From: an uncultured Acidimicrobiales bacterium | GTDB lineage: Bacteria; Actinomycetota; Acidimicrobiia; Acidimicrobiales; Bin134 | Length of the DNA stretch: 64,000 bases | Reading direction: 5' to 3' | NCBI GenBank assembly: GCA_951813325.1 | Contig: OX638350.1 | Location: forward strand, 853,029 to 917,028 | Shown here: in pieces, positions 1 to 8,919 of the stretch | Numbering within the stretch: the first letter of the stretch is position 1 | Layout of the letters: every line of letters starts with the position of its first letter | Translations under genes and position numbers: made by a program | The notes under the pieces: model-generated | Told to the model about the DNA's origin: nothing | Databases searched by the model: none | What the model saw: only the letters and a program-made list of their open reading frames with translations

Positions 1-718
1 TGACGGCAGGAGCGAAATCGGGGTGGCAGATCACGAAATCGGACACATAGGTGTCGGACTGGTTGAACCGCAGGTCGGTGCCGTTGAGATGGGAGACATG
101 GAGGCCGGCCGCAGCGGCCACCGCCGCGGGAGCGCAGAGGTCCCACTCGTGCAGCCCCGAAGCGTGGGCATATACCTCGGCTTCGCCGTTGATCACCGCG
201 GCGGCTTTGGCCCCGGCCGAGCCCAGTTGCATGATGGTGGCCCCGATGGCATCGGCAATATGGCGGGACAGCCGACCGGGGCGGCTCCTGCTGGTTATGA
301 CCCGGGGCGGGGCGGCGGCTTCCGGAGTGGGCGGAGCCGGCTCGGTGGCCAGGGTGATGTCCTGGGCGGGGAGGGCCACCGCGGCGGCGATGGGCGCGCC
401 GTCGACTACCAGCGCCACGTGGACCGCCCAATCGGTGCGGCCCGCAGTGGAGAATTCCCGAGTCCCGTCCAGCGGGTCCACGATCCAAACCCGGTCGTGC
501 TCGAGCCGACGGCGGTCGTCAATAGACTCCTCAGACAGCACCATGTCGTCGGGTCGGTGCCTGTTGAGTGCATCGGCGATGAAATCGTGGGCCGCGGCAT
601 CGCCCCTGGCCCCCACGGCGAAAGGAGCCAGCCGCTGTCCGCTCAGCTCCGACCGCAGCCCAACCAGCATCTCACCTGCTCCAGAAGCCAGTTGAGCGGC
701 CAGCCAGTGGTCGTTCAC
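1..718 (-). CDS. Inositol-monophosphatase-family phosphatase (CysQ/SuhB/HisN-like); the C-terminus runs off the left window edge
   Basis: Absent from the ORF track because it is open at the edge. My reverse-strand translation from GTG at 718 reads ...HDRVWIVDPLDGTREF... (about 500-450) and ...HEWDLCAPAAVAAAAG... (about 151-100), both in one frame. These are the two signature IMPase-fold blocks. Confidence 0.75.
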   Translation of the reverse strand, partial: MNDHWLAAQLASGAGEMLVGLRSELSGQRLAPFAVGARGDAAAHDFIADALNRHRPDDMVLSEESIDDRRRLEHDRVWIVDPLDGTREFSTAGRTDWAVHVALVVDGAPIAAAVALPAQDITLATEPAPPTPEAAAPPRVITSRSRPGRLSRHIADAIGATIMQLGSAGAKAAAVINGEAEVYAHASGLHEWDLCAPAAVAAAAGLHVSHLNGTDLRFNQSDTYVSDFVICHPDFAPAV

Positions 719-761
719 CGCGGTTGCCGAGGGGCAAGCGATGCGACGAGCCAGGAAAAGT

Positions 762-1547
762 TCACGGCCTCGGCGAAATATCGAGCAAGTCCATTATCTG
801 GTCGCGCAGGCCGGGGGCAACCGCGATGAAGCCGTCCATCAGCGGGTCGGCCCGGTTGAATACTACATCGGCGCCGTCGGTTCCGAAAACCCTCCCGCCG
901 CCTGCTCGAACCAGCGCGGCCCCGCCAGCCACGTCCCACTCGTTTTTGGGCACCAGTGTCCAGGTGGCATCGGCCAACCCGGCGCCCACCAGGCTCAGCT
1001 TGTAGGCCACCGAGCCCATGTTGCGCACCGCGATGGGCGTGGAGAAGAATCGCTCCCATTCGCCTCGCCGCACCTCGCTGCGGGAGGCCAGCACCAGGGC
1101 GCCCCGCACGTCGGTAGTTGCGGTTGTCCTGGCCGGGGAACCGTTGCACACCACCCCTGTTTCGTCGGACCCGATGATGAGGTGACCGTTGGGGGGGCTC
1201 AACACGCCGCCCGCCACCGGCACGCCGTCTTCCACCAGCCCCACCGACACGCACCACTCGGGGATGCCGTCGATGAACTCCCGGGTGCCGTCTATGGGAT
1301 CCACCACCCACACCCTCCGCCGGTCCAACCGCTCGCCGACGTCGGTGGTCTCCTCCGAAAGCCAGCCTTCGTCGCCCCCTCGCAAGGCCTCGGCCAGCAC
1401 GTCGTTGACCGCGGTGTCGGCCGCGGTCAGCGGATCGCCCCCGTCCTTCAGCTCTGCCTCAACCTCTCCGGGAGTGAATCGCTCCAGCACTTCGGCGGCC
1501 GCGGCCAGCGCATCGGCTATCCGGGCCAGGTCATCAGAACGGGACAT
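762..1547 (-). CDS. Inositol-monophosphatase-family phosphatase, CysQ-like 3'(2'),5'-bisphosphate nucleotidase candidate
   Basis: 261-aa ORF with WVVDPIDGTREF and EWDVAGGAALV blocks. It lies directly downstream of sat-cysC on the same strand, the usual context for PAP phosphatase. Confidence 0.85.
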   Translation of the reverse strand: MSRSDDLARIADALAAAAEVLERFTPGEVEAELKDGGDPLTAADTAVNDVLAEALRGGDEGWLSEETTDVGERLDRRRVWVVDPIDGTREFIDGIPEWCVSVGLVEDGVPVAGGVLSPPNGHLIIGSDETGVVCNGSPARTTATTDVRGALVLASRSEVRRGEWERFFSTPIAVRNMGSVAYKLSLVGAGLADATWTLVPKNEWDVAGGAALVRAGGGRVFGTDGADVVFNRADPLMDGFIAVAPGLRDQIMDLLDISPRP

Positions 1548-1599
1548 CTCAGCTGGCTATCCAATCGGATTGTTGCTGCGCAGTATCTCGGTTGCCGAG

Positions 1600-3315
1600 C
1601 TATCCGAGGTATCCCTCGGCCACCAGGTGGTCGGTGATGGTCTGGGCCGCCTCGTCGGGCGTCTGATCCACGGTGGGCAGAACGATGTCGGCGTCGATGG
1701 GCTCCTCGTAGGGGTCGGAGATGCCGGTGAACTCCTTGATGATGCCGGCGCGGGCCTTGGCGTACAAGCCCTTGCGGTCCCGCTGTTCGCAAACCTCCAG
1801 CGGTGTCGACACGTGCACCAGCACGTAGCCGCCGTTGGCCGAGATCGCCTCCCGATTCCGGCGCCGGGGCTCGGCATAGGGGGCGATAGGAGCGCAGATG
1901 GCGATGCCGCCGTGCTTGGTTATCTCGGAGGCCACGTATCCGATGCGGGTGATGTTGATGTCGCGGTGCTCCTTGGAGAACCCCAGCTCCGACGACAGAT
2001 TGGTACGCACCACATCGCCGTCTAGCAGCGTCACGGGCCGCCCGCCCCGCTCCAGCAGCTTGGACATGAGCGCGTTGGCGATGGTGGATTTGCCCGAGCC
2101 GCTGAGCCCGGTGAAGAACACGGTGAAGCCCTGCTTGGACTTCTGGGGATGGGTTCGGCGCAGCTCAGCCACCACCTCGGGATAGCTGAACCACTCGGGG
2201 ATGTCGTCGCCCGATGCCAGGCGGTCGCGCAGCTCGGTGCCGCTGATGCTGAGGGTGGCTGTTCCCTCGTCCACCTCGTCGACCGGGTGGTAGCTGTCGT
2301 TGTCGGGGACGTACACCATCATCTTGAACGGCACCATGGTCACGCCCAGTTCGTCGGTGTAGCCCTGAAGCATGTCCTGAGCGTCGTAGGGGCCGTAGAA
2401 GGGCGTGCCCGATGCGTCAGAACCCGGCCCGGCGTGATCTCGGCCCACGATGAAGTGGGAGACGCCGTGGTTCTTGCGGATGATGGCGTGCCACACCGCC
2501 TCCCGGGGGCCGCCCATGCGCATGGCCAGCGGCAGCATGGCCAACATGGCCGAGTGCTCGGGGTAGCGCTTGATGATGTGCTGGTACACCCGGCCCCGGG
2601 TGTAGTGGTCCACATCGCCGGGCTTGGTCATGCCCACCACCGGGTGGATCAGCAGGTTGGCGTCGGCCTCCACTGCCGCCCTCCTCGTCAGCTCCACGTG
2701 GGCCCGGTGCATCGGGTTGCGGGTTTGAAAGGCCACCACCCGGCTCCAGCCCGACGCGTCGAAGGCGGCCCGCAGCTGGGCCGGGGTGCGGCGCAGCTCG
2801 GTGAAGTCGTAGTGGGCGGGGAGTTGGAGGCCCTGCACCGACCCGCCGAGGTAGATCGGAGCGGTGCTCCGCATCAGGTGGCCGACGCCGGGATGATCGG
2901 GGTCGGAGCTGGCGAACACCGACTCGGCCTCAGCCTCGGCGTCGGGCCGCCACGCGTCGCTCACGGTGAGCACGGCGAGCATGACCCCCTCAACATCCCG
3001 CAGAGCCAGCCGCCCGGCGGCCTGGGCGGCCTCGGCCGTTTTGGCATCCACATCCAAGGTGATGGGCATGGGCCACAGCGTCCCGTCGGCCAGCCGCAAT
3101 TCGGAGCACACCCGCTGGTAGTCGGCTTGGCCCATGAACCCCCGCAGGGGGGAGAAGCCGCCGTTCAGCAGGAGCTCCAAGTCGCACGAGTGGCGGGGCT
3201 GGAGGGTGAACGACGGAAGGTCGCGTGATGCTGCTTTGAGTTCTTCGGCGGTGGCGTCATCGACCATCAGGTCGGTCAGCTCACCGCCGTGGGGTTGGAT
3301 CAAGTTAGAAGCCAC
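1600..3315 (-). CDS. sat-cysC: Bifunctional sulfate adenylyltransferase (ATP sulfurylase) / adenylylsulfate kinase
   Basis: 571-aa ORF. The N-terminal part has the ATP-sulfurylase block FQTRNPMHRAHVELT. The C-terminal part has the APS-kinase P-loop FFTGLSGSGKSTIA. Confidence 0.93.
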   Translation of the reverse strand: MASNLIQPHGGELTDLMVDDATAEELKAASRDLPSFTLQPRHSCDLELLLNGGFSPLRGFMGQADYQRVCSELRLADGTLWPMPITLDVDAKTAEAAQAAGRLALRDVEGVMLAVLTVSDAWRPDAEAEAESVFASSDPDHPGVGHLMRSTAPIYLGGSVQGLQLPAHYDFTELRRTPAQLRAAFDASGWSRVVAFQTRNPMHRAHVELTRRAAVEADANLLIHPVVGMTKPGDVDHYTRGRVYQHIIKRYPEHSAMLAMLPLAMRMGGPREAVWHAIIRKNHGVSHFIVGRDHAGPGSDASGTPFYGPYDAQDMLQGYTDELGVTMVPFKMMVYVPDNDSYHPVDEVDEGTATLSISGTELRDRLASGDDIPEWFSYPEVVAELRRTHPQKSKQGFTVFFTGLSGSGKSTIANALMSKLLERGGRPVTLLDGDVVRTNLSSELGFSKEHRDINITRIGYVASEITKHGGIAICAPIAPYAEPRRRNREAISANGGYVLVHVSTPLEVCEQRDRKGLYAKARAGIIKEFTGISDPYEEPIDADIVLPTVDQTPDEAAQTITDHLVAEGYLG

Positions 3316-3419
3316 GGGGCTATTTCATATCGCAGGATAACCGCATTTGAGCCATCGAGCCGCCAATCCACCCCAATGCAGGCGGGAAACCAGGCCTTTG
3401 ACCCCTAGCATCTCTCAAG

Positions 3420-5177
3420 ATGGATGGCGACGCGGTGCTCACCGTCGCGGTGTTGGCGGTTATGGGCACCGGGCTCATCAGCAACCGGCTCTCACCCGCT
3501 GCCGGGGTATTAGGTGCTGCCGGCGGACTGTTCCTGCTCGGGGTGATCGACGCCGACGCGGCCTTCAGCGGGTTTGGCAACCCCGCTCCCATCACCATCG
3601 GCGCGCTGTACGTGGTGGCCGGCGCGGTGACCAAGACCAACGCCTTACAGCCGATTGTGGCCAAGGTGCTGGATCGGGGCTCTGGAAATCGGGTCGCGCT
3701 GATCCGGCTGCTGGCACCGGCCAGTGCGGCCTCGGCTTTTTTGGCCAACACCCCCATCGTGGCCATGCTGGTACCCGCGGTGCGAGGCTGGGCCGAGCGC
3801 TACGGCCGAGCCGCCTCCCGTTTTCTGATCCCACTGTCGTACGCCACCATCTTGGGCGGGGCCATCACCGCCATCGGCACCAGCACCAATCTGGTGTTGG
3901 GCGGCCTGCTGCAATCGGTGGGCCAAGACGAACTGGAGATGTTCGAGTTGGCTCGCTTCGGTTTGCCCCTAGCCGGGGCCGGGTTGGTGCTGATCGTGGT
4001 GGCCGCTCCCTGGACATTGCCCGAGCGGCGGGAATCCCAAGCCGCTGGTATCGGGCGCTCTTACCTGGTGTCGATGTATGTGGTCGAGCAGGGGCCCTTC
4101 GACGGGCAGTCGGTGGAGGCCGGGGGACTGCGCCATCTCCAAGGAGTGTTCCTGGTGGAAGTAGAGCGGCAGGGCACGGTCATCGCTCCTGTGGCGCCCA
4201 CGTTCGTGCTTCGGGGCGGCGACCGCCTCACATTCGCCGGGCGGGTGGACTTGGTGCTCGACCTTCAAGCCATGGCCGGGCTGGCCTCGGCCGAGGACCC
4301 CCACCTGGAGGCAGTGGACTCCGACGACCATACCTTCTTCGAGGCGGTGGTGGGAGCGGCCTCGCCCCTCACCGGGCGCACGCTGGCCGAGGCTGGTTTC
4401 CGCGGCCGTTATCAGGCGGCCGTGGTGGGAATACACCGCTCGGGCGCCCCGGTGGAGGCCAAGTTCGGCCAGGTGCGATTGCGCACGGGCGACACCCTGC
4501 TGGTGCTGGCCGCTGACGGATTCGATGAGCGATGGAGTAACCACAGCGACTTCCTGCTGGTGTCCCGTTTGGGCGGATCGCCACCCCGGGCCACCCGTCG
4601 GGCCCCAGTGGCGCTGCTGGCGGTGGTGGCATTGGTGGTGCTGCCCGCAGCGGGCGTGCTGAGCGTCTTGGAAGCGTCGTTGATCGCCGCGGGTGCAGTG
4701 GTTCTGGGCGGGGTGCTCACCCCCCGCGAAGCCCGGGAGGCGGTGGACTTCAGCGTGCTCATCACCATCGGGGCGGCATTCGGTCTAGGCGCCGCACTAG
4801 ACGAAGCGGGGCTGGCTGAAGACCTGGCCGACGGTATCGTCACCGGCTTCGACTTTTTGGGCGACGCTGGCGTGGTGCTGGGAATCGTGATTGCCACCAT
4901 GCTCCTCACCGAGCTGATCACCAACGTGGCCGCGGTGGCGCTGGTGTTCCCGGTGGCGCTGGAGGCGGCCGCTCAGTCCGGCTTGGACCCCCGCACCTTG
5001 GCGCTGGGCGTGGCCGTGGCCGCCTCGGCATCGTTCCTTACCCCCATCGGCTATCAGACCAACACCATGGTCTACGGACCCGGCCGTTATCGCTTCGCCG
5101 ACTATCTGCGGTTGGGAGTACCGATGTCGATCCTCACATTGGCCCTTCTCACGGCCCTTGTGGCTGCGGCGGCTTGA
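3420..5177 (+). CDS. SLC13/DASS-type anion permease with central tandem TrkA-C (RCK C-terminal) domains; putative sulfate/anion transporter
   Basis: 585-aa ORF with hydrophobic N- and C-terminal halves around a soluble middle (…FDGQSVEAGGLRHLQGVFLVEVERQG… and …GRTLAEAGFRGRYQAAVVGIHRSG…). Divergent from the sat-cysC operon across a 104-bp A/T-richer spacer. Confidence 0.82.
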   Translation: MDGDAVLTVAVLAVMGTGLISNRLSPAAGVLGAAGGLFLLGVIDADAAFSGFGNPAPITIGALYVVAGAVTKTNALQPIVAKVLDRGSGNRVALIRLLAPASAASAFLANTPIVAMLVPAVRGWAERYGRAASRFLIPLSYATILGGAITAIGTSTNLVLGGLLQSVGQDELEMFELARFGLPLAGAGLVLIVVAAPWTLPERRESQAAGIGRSYLVSMYVVEQGPFDGQSVEAGGLRHLQGVFLVEVERQGTVIAPVAPTFVLRGGDRLTFAGRVDLVLDLQAMAGLASAEDPHLEAVDSDDHTFFEAVVGAASPLTGRTLAEAGFRGRYQAAVVGIHRSGAPVEAKFGQVRLRTGDTLLVLAADGFDERWSNHSDFLLVSRLGGSPPRATRRAPVALLAVVALVVLPAAGVLSVLEASLIAAGAVVLGGVLTPREAREAVDFSVLITIGAAFGLGAALDEAGLAEDLADGIVTGFDFLGDAGVVLGIVIATMLLTELITNVAAVALVFPVALEAAAQSGLDPRTLALGVAVAASASFLTPIGYQTNTMVYGPGRYRFADYLRLGVPMSILTLALLTALVAAAA

Positions 5178-5317
5178 TCTGGTTTGGTGCCTGCCTGCTT
5201 CCGCTGAGCATCCCCCCTTTGGCCGGTCACCTCGAACAGTAGGTGGCCATCCTTCATGGGCTTGCGGTTCAGAGATGAGTCCCCACCGCAGGACGCATAG
5301 GCGCACGGTGTTACTAA

Positions 5318-6278
5318 GAGCGCGCGCAGATAGGTGTTAGCTGGGGTTCCATTTGTCGGCTTTTTTGATGAGCTTTATGGCGATGATGATGGTGATGGCG
5401 AGTGCGAGTTGCCCGAGGCGGGCTTTGGTGTTGCGGTCGGTGCTGCGTCGTAGCTGGCCGAAGTTCGACAGCCATGAGTTTGTTCGCTCGATGGTCCAGC
5501 GCATTCCCAGGGGGTCGGTGCTGGGCTGGCCGCGGGCTGTTCCGGGCCGGCGTTTGGGTGTGCGCACGATGTTGTTGATGCCGTGGCTGCGGCAGGTCTG
5601 CGCCACGGGGTTCCCGGCGTAGCCGCGGTCGAGGTGTAGCGTCTCGACGTCCAAGAGCCGGCCGCGGCGGGCGGCGTCGGCGAGGGTGGGTTCCAACAGG
5701 GTGCAGTCGTTGCGGTTGGCGGCGTCGGCCGCCCAGGCGACCGGGATGCCGTCGCGGTCCGCCAAAATAGACCACTTCCAACCGGATTTGCCCCTGTCAA
5801 CAGGGCTTTTGCCGGTTCCCTCGCCCCCGCAGGGGGCCTTGTGGATCGACGCGTCCACCGACGCGTCGGACAAGTCGATGCCCACGACGCGGTCATAGCC
5901 CTCAAGGGCCTCGGCCACCGCCCGGTCGAACACCCCCTGGGCGTTCCAATCGTTGTAGCGGGTCCTCAAAACGGTCTCGCCGCCTTTGCCCAAACGGCCC
6001 GCGACATCCCACGAGCAGCCCGTCACCAGCCGGAACAAGACCGCCTCGAACACATCCCGGTCCGGGATCCTCGGCCGGTGACAGCCCAACGGGTGGAACA
6101 CCTCCTCGCGCTCAGGAATCAACGGCTCCACAGCCGCCCACACCACATCCACCACCCGCGGATCCAAAGCAAGCATGATTACAGCACCTCCACCATGTCG
6201 TTGTCGTTGGGGTCTCACCCGACATCAAAGCCGGTCCAACACAACGACAGGTGGACGCCCACCTATCTGCGCGCGCTC
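5318..6278 (-). mobile_element. Intact IS5-family insertion sequence (961 bp)
   Basis: Perfect 19-bp terminal inverted repeats: GAGCGCGCGCAGATAGGTG at 5318-5336 and its reverse complement at 6260-6278. These are flanked by a direct TAA at 5315-5317 and 6279-6281 (target-site duplication). A single DDE transposase ORF lies inside. Confidence 0.9.
5337..6176 (-). CDS. IS5-family DDE transposase
   Basis: Contains blocks HLDRGYAG and RWTIERTNSWLSNFGQLRRSTDR, typical of IS5/IS427-type transposases. I prefer ATG at 6176 (MLALDPRVV…) because GGAGGTG sits about 10 nt upstream. The track ORF starts at 6218. Confidence 0.88.
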   Translation of the reverse strand: MLALDPRVVDVVWAAVEPLIPEREEVFHPLGCHRPRIPDRDVFEAVLFRLVTGCSWDVAGRLGKGGETVLRTRYNDWNAQGVFDRAVAEALEGYDRVVGIDLSDASVDASIHKAPCGGEGTGKSPVDRGKSGWKWSILADRDGIPVAWAADAANRNDCTLLEPTLADAARRGRLLDVETLHLDRGYAGNPVAQTCRSHGINNIVRTPKRRPGTARGQPSTDPLGMRWTIERTNSWLSNFGQLRRSTDRNTKARLGQLALAITIIIAIKLIKKADKWNPS

Positions 6279-6356
6279 TAAGCGATAGCACCGACAGGCA
6301 TGTTACCGAACAATGACCGGTAGAAGAATGTCACTGTACGGTGCTACGATTCGGGT

Positions 6357-6680
6357 GTGGAGGACACTCGGTCCAGTATCGACGGGGTGCGGTTGCGCCA
6401 TCCGGCCGATATCGGGCAGGCCATCCGCGCCGAGCGGACGGCACAGAACATGACCCAGGCCGAGTTGGCGGCCAAAGCGGGCGTGTCCCGCCGCTGGCTG
6501 TCCGAAATTGAGAAAGGCCACCCGACCGCCGAGCTCGGCCTAGTGCTCGCCGTGTTCCGCCGACTCGGCTTCGATCTCACCGCGGCCCGAAGGCCCCGCC
6601 CGGCGTTCGACGCCGACGCTGCCTTGAGATCGCTCGCCGATCCGCCCCCGACGGCCGACTCAGATGAGGGGGTCGGTTGA
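6357..6680 (+). CDS. hipB: XRE-family HTH antitoxin, HipB-like
   Basis: 107-aa ORF with HTH block MTQAELAAKAGVSRRWLSEIEKG. Its stop overlaps the start of the downstream HipA kinase gene by 4 nt. Confidence 0.85.
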   Translation: MEDTRSSIDGVRLRHPADIGQAIRAERTAQNMTQAELAAKAGVSRRWLSEIEKGHPTAELGLVLAVFRRLGFDLTAARRPRPAFDADAALRSLADPPPTADSDEGVG

Positions 6681-8101
6681 GACTGGCCGTGCTCATCGGA
6701 GGCCGGCTCGCCGGCGAAACCGACATCGACCGCGACCTCCCGGCGTTCCGCTACGACCCCGACTACCGGCGTACATCGGATGTGCCTCTGTCGCTTGTCG
6801 CACCGCTCCCCGCCGGTGGCGCCGAAGGCGGCAAACTCCGCAACTGGCTGCTCGGCGCCCTCCCTGACGATCCCGAAGTGCTCGATGCTCTCTGCGCCGA
6901 CTACGGCGTTGCGCGACACGACCCGCTTGGTCTGCTGGCTGGCCCGATGGGCGCCGACTGCGCTGGCGCGGTCCAGTTCTGTGCGCCCGATCAGGCCGAA
7001 ACCCTCCTCTCTGACCCCGGCGGCGCCGACCCCATCGACGACGTAGGAATAGCCGACTGGCTCGACCGCATGGAGACCGATCCCGCGAGACGCGCTTATC
7101 GGACCGACGGCGCCGACTCGGGGTTCAGCATCGGCGGGATGCAGCCCAAAGCCGCCCTTCGGCGCACCAACCACGGCAGCTGGGCGGTGCCACGCGGATC
7201 GCTGCCCACCACCCACCTCATCAAGGCCTCCCGCTCCCGGCGATGGCCCCACGAGGCGCTTATCGAGCACCTCACCATGCGCATAGCCGCCGGCTGCGGA
7301 ATCCCGGCCGCCCGCACCGAAATCGCCCGGCTCGCCGGCAAAGAAGTCATCATCGTCGAGAGATACGACCGGGCCGCCAGCGGCACGATCCGCGTCCACC
7401 AAGAAGATATGTGCCAGGCCCTCGGCATCTCCCCCCACCTCAAATACCAGCGCAACGGCGGCCCCGGCCCCGAAGCCATAGCCGATGCGCTCCGCGCCGC
7501 AGACCCAGACCAAGTCGATGCCAACATTGCCCGCCTCCTCGACATCCTCTTGTTCCAATGGGTCGCCGCGAGTACCGACGGGCACGCCAAGAACCTCAGC
7601 GTGCTCCACCCCGGCGACGGCAGCGTACGTCTTGCCCCCATCTACGACGCCTGCTCCTGGCTGCCCTACCGTAAAGGCAAATTCGAGAAGAAAATCCAGC
7701 TGGCCATGAAGATCGGAACCGACCACAGCCTGAAAGCCGCCGACACCGCCGACGCGCTCTGCCGAACCGCCGAACGGCTCGGCACCGACACGGGCACAGT
7801 CGCCCGACGCGCCGCCCACATCGCCGACACCCTCCCCGACGCCCTCGATAACGCCATCAGTGTTCTGCCCGAAGACACCGCCGATTGCGCCGAAATCGCC
7901 GCCTTGCGCCAAGAGCTCCCAGAGCGGGCCGCCCGCTGCGCCGAAATCGCCCAAACCGCCCTGCGCGCCTCCCGCGCCGCCCGGCCTATCGAACCCTTAC
8001 CGCCCGGCGAGCAGAAACGGCGACGCTGCACCCACATCGGCCTCCGAACCCGCAAACAGTGCATCCGCCCCGCCCACAACGGCGACGACCACCGGTACTG
8101 A
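6677..8101 (+). CDS. hipA: HipA-family serine/threonine kinase toxin
   Basis: 474-aa ORF with HipA hallmarks: GGMQPKAAL (P-loop-like), STDGHAKNLSVL (catalytic loop) and LAPIYDACS. TTG start overlaps the hipB stop. Confidence 0.88.
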   Translation: MRLAVLIGGRLAGETDIDRDLPAFRYDPDYRRTSDVPLSLVAPLPAGGAEGGKLRNWLLGALPDDPEVLDALCADYGVARHDPLGLLAGPMGADCAGAVQFCAPDQAETLLSDPGGADPIDDVGIADWLDRMETDPARRAYRTDGADSGFSIGGMQPKAALRRTNHGSWAVPRGSLPTTHLIKASRSRRWPHEALIEHLTMRIAAGCGIPAARTEIARLAGKEVIIVERYDRAASGTIRVHQEDMCQALGISPHLKYQRNGGPGPEAIADALRAADPDQVDANIARLLDILLFQWVAASTDGHAKNLSVLHPGDGSVRLAPIYDACSWLPYRKGKFEKKIQLAMKIGTDHSLKAADTADALCRTAERLGTDTGTVARRAAHIADTLPDALDNAISVLPEDTADCAEIAALRQELPERAARCAEIAQTALRASRAARPIEPLPPGEQKRRRCTHIGLRTRKQCIRPAHNGDDHRY

Positions 8102-8445
8102 CCGGGTGCCATGAACACCGCCGCCGCAACAAGAGGACATCGCACCGCTGGGGCGATCTTCCACTTCATCCAGTACCGGCCGTTGTCGTTTGAGCGGGAT
8201 CCCTCATTTCCAGAGCGTGTCGATGGAGCGGACATGGAGGCGGTCTCCGACGGTGAGTTGCTGAATGTGCCGAGCGGATAGATGGACGAAGGGCTGTCTG
8301 ACGGGTCGATCATCGCCGTCGAGTTCAGAATTATCGGAGAAGGGGCTGAGGATCGGTGTGCGCTGCGAAACGACGGTGAGCTCATCTGCGCCGGAGCCTC
8401 AGCGTCGGGGGGCTCTGGGTGACGGGTGCCGATGTTGGCGTTGTT

Positions 8446-8613
8446 CTAGTGGTGTGTCGTGGGTTTATTCGCGCGTGTCCTGCTAGGCATCGACGCCCCT
8501 CGCGGCGTTGCCCCTCCTTGCCGTACGCTGGAAGTATGGCTGCGTCGGTGCGCCTTGCGAGGAACGCCGCTGCCGTCGCAATCCACGGCGCTAAACCCAC
8601 GACACACCACTAG
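8446..8613. repeat. MITE-like element or long hairpin: 22-bp perfect terminal inverted repeats around a 124-bp core
   Basis: CTAGTGGTGTGTCGTGGGTTTA at 8446-8467 and its exact reverse complement TAAACCCACGACACACCACTAG at 8592-8613. The outermost CTAG is palindromic, so it could be a 4-bp target duplication or part of the repeat. The core has further internal complementarity (GCGGCGTT / AACGCCGC). No ORF inside. Confidence 0.6.
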
Positions 8614-8919
8614 GGAGCAGGAGGATCAGTGCCGATGTCTCGGCGATTGTCGGCATCGGCCGCTTGGGCGGCAGCGACATCGCAGCCGAGGGCCAAGCGG
8701 CGGTCGCGGAGGCGGTCTCGCTCGATGCCGACTTCTCGGTCTTCCGCTTCGGCCGAGACAGGCACCGAGCCTTCACCGTGTACAGCTGAACCCCCGGTAC
8801 GGGCCGGCAAGCGCGCAATGCGTCATCTCAAACAGCGCCAACGAGGTTCCGGTGGATCAGGTCGCAGTCGAATGACAGCTTCGCCGGGCTGAGGTTGCCG
8901 ACAACCCTGACTTGGTTCG

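Noticed and set aside
23-829. 268-aa and 214-aa plus-strand ORFs at the left edge
   Set aside because: Arg/Gly/Pro/Ala-rich, low-information translations. The opposite strand carries clear IMPase signature blocks in one continuous frame, so these are antisense shadow ORFs of high-GC DNA.
5158-5317. Short ORFs between the permease stop and the IS left end (for example a minus-strand MKDGHLLFEVTGQ… frame)
   Set aside because: They overlap the permease 3' end or are under 60 aa without motifs. Treated as intergenic sequence into which the IS inserted.
6344-7954. 536-aa minus-strand ORF opposite hipB/hipA
   Set aside because: Gly/Ala/Val-rich with no motifs. The plus strand encodes an unmistakable HipA kinase, so this is a shadow ORF.
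8110-8283. 57-aa plus-strand ORF (MNTAAATRGHRTAGAIFHFIQYRPLSF…) and 66-aa minus ORF at 8610-8810
   Set aside because: Short, with no motif and no clear ribosome-binding site. They lie in a region that looks degenerate, which is not enough to call genes. Mentioned only in the findings.
8446-8613. Possible retron msr/msd or tRNA-like RNA, given the flanking inverted repeats
   Set aside because: No reverse-transcriptase gene is adjacent, and there is no cloverleaf or T-loop consensus. Terminal perfect repeats with a CTAG boundary fit a MITE or large hairpin better.
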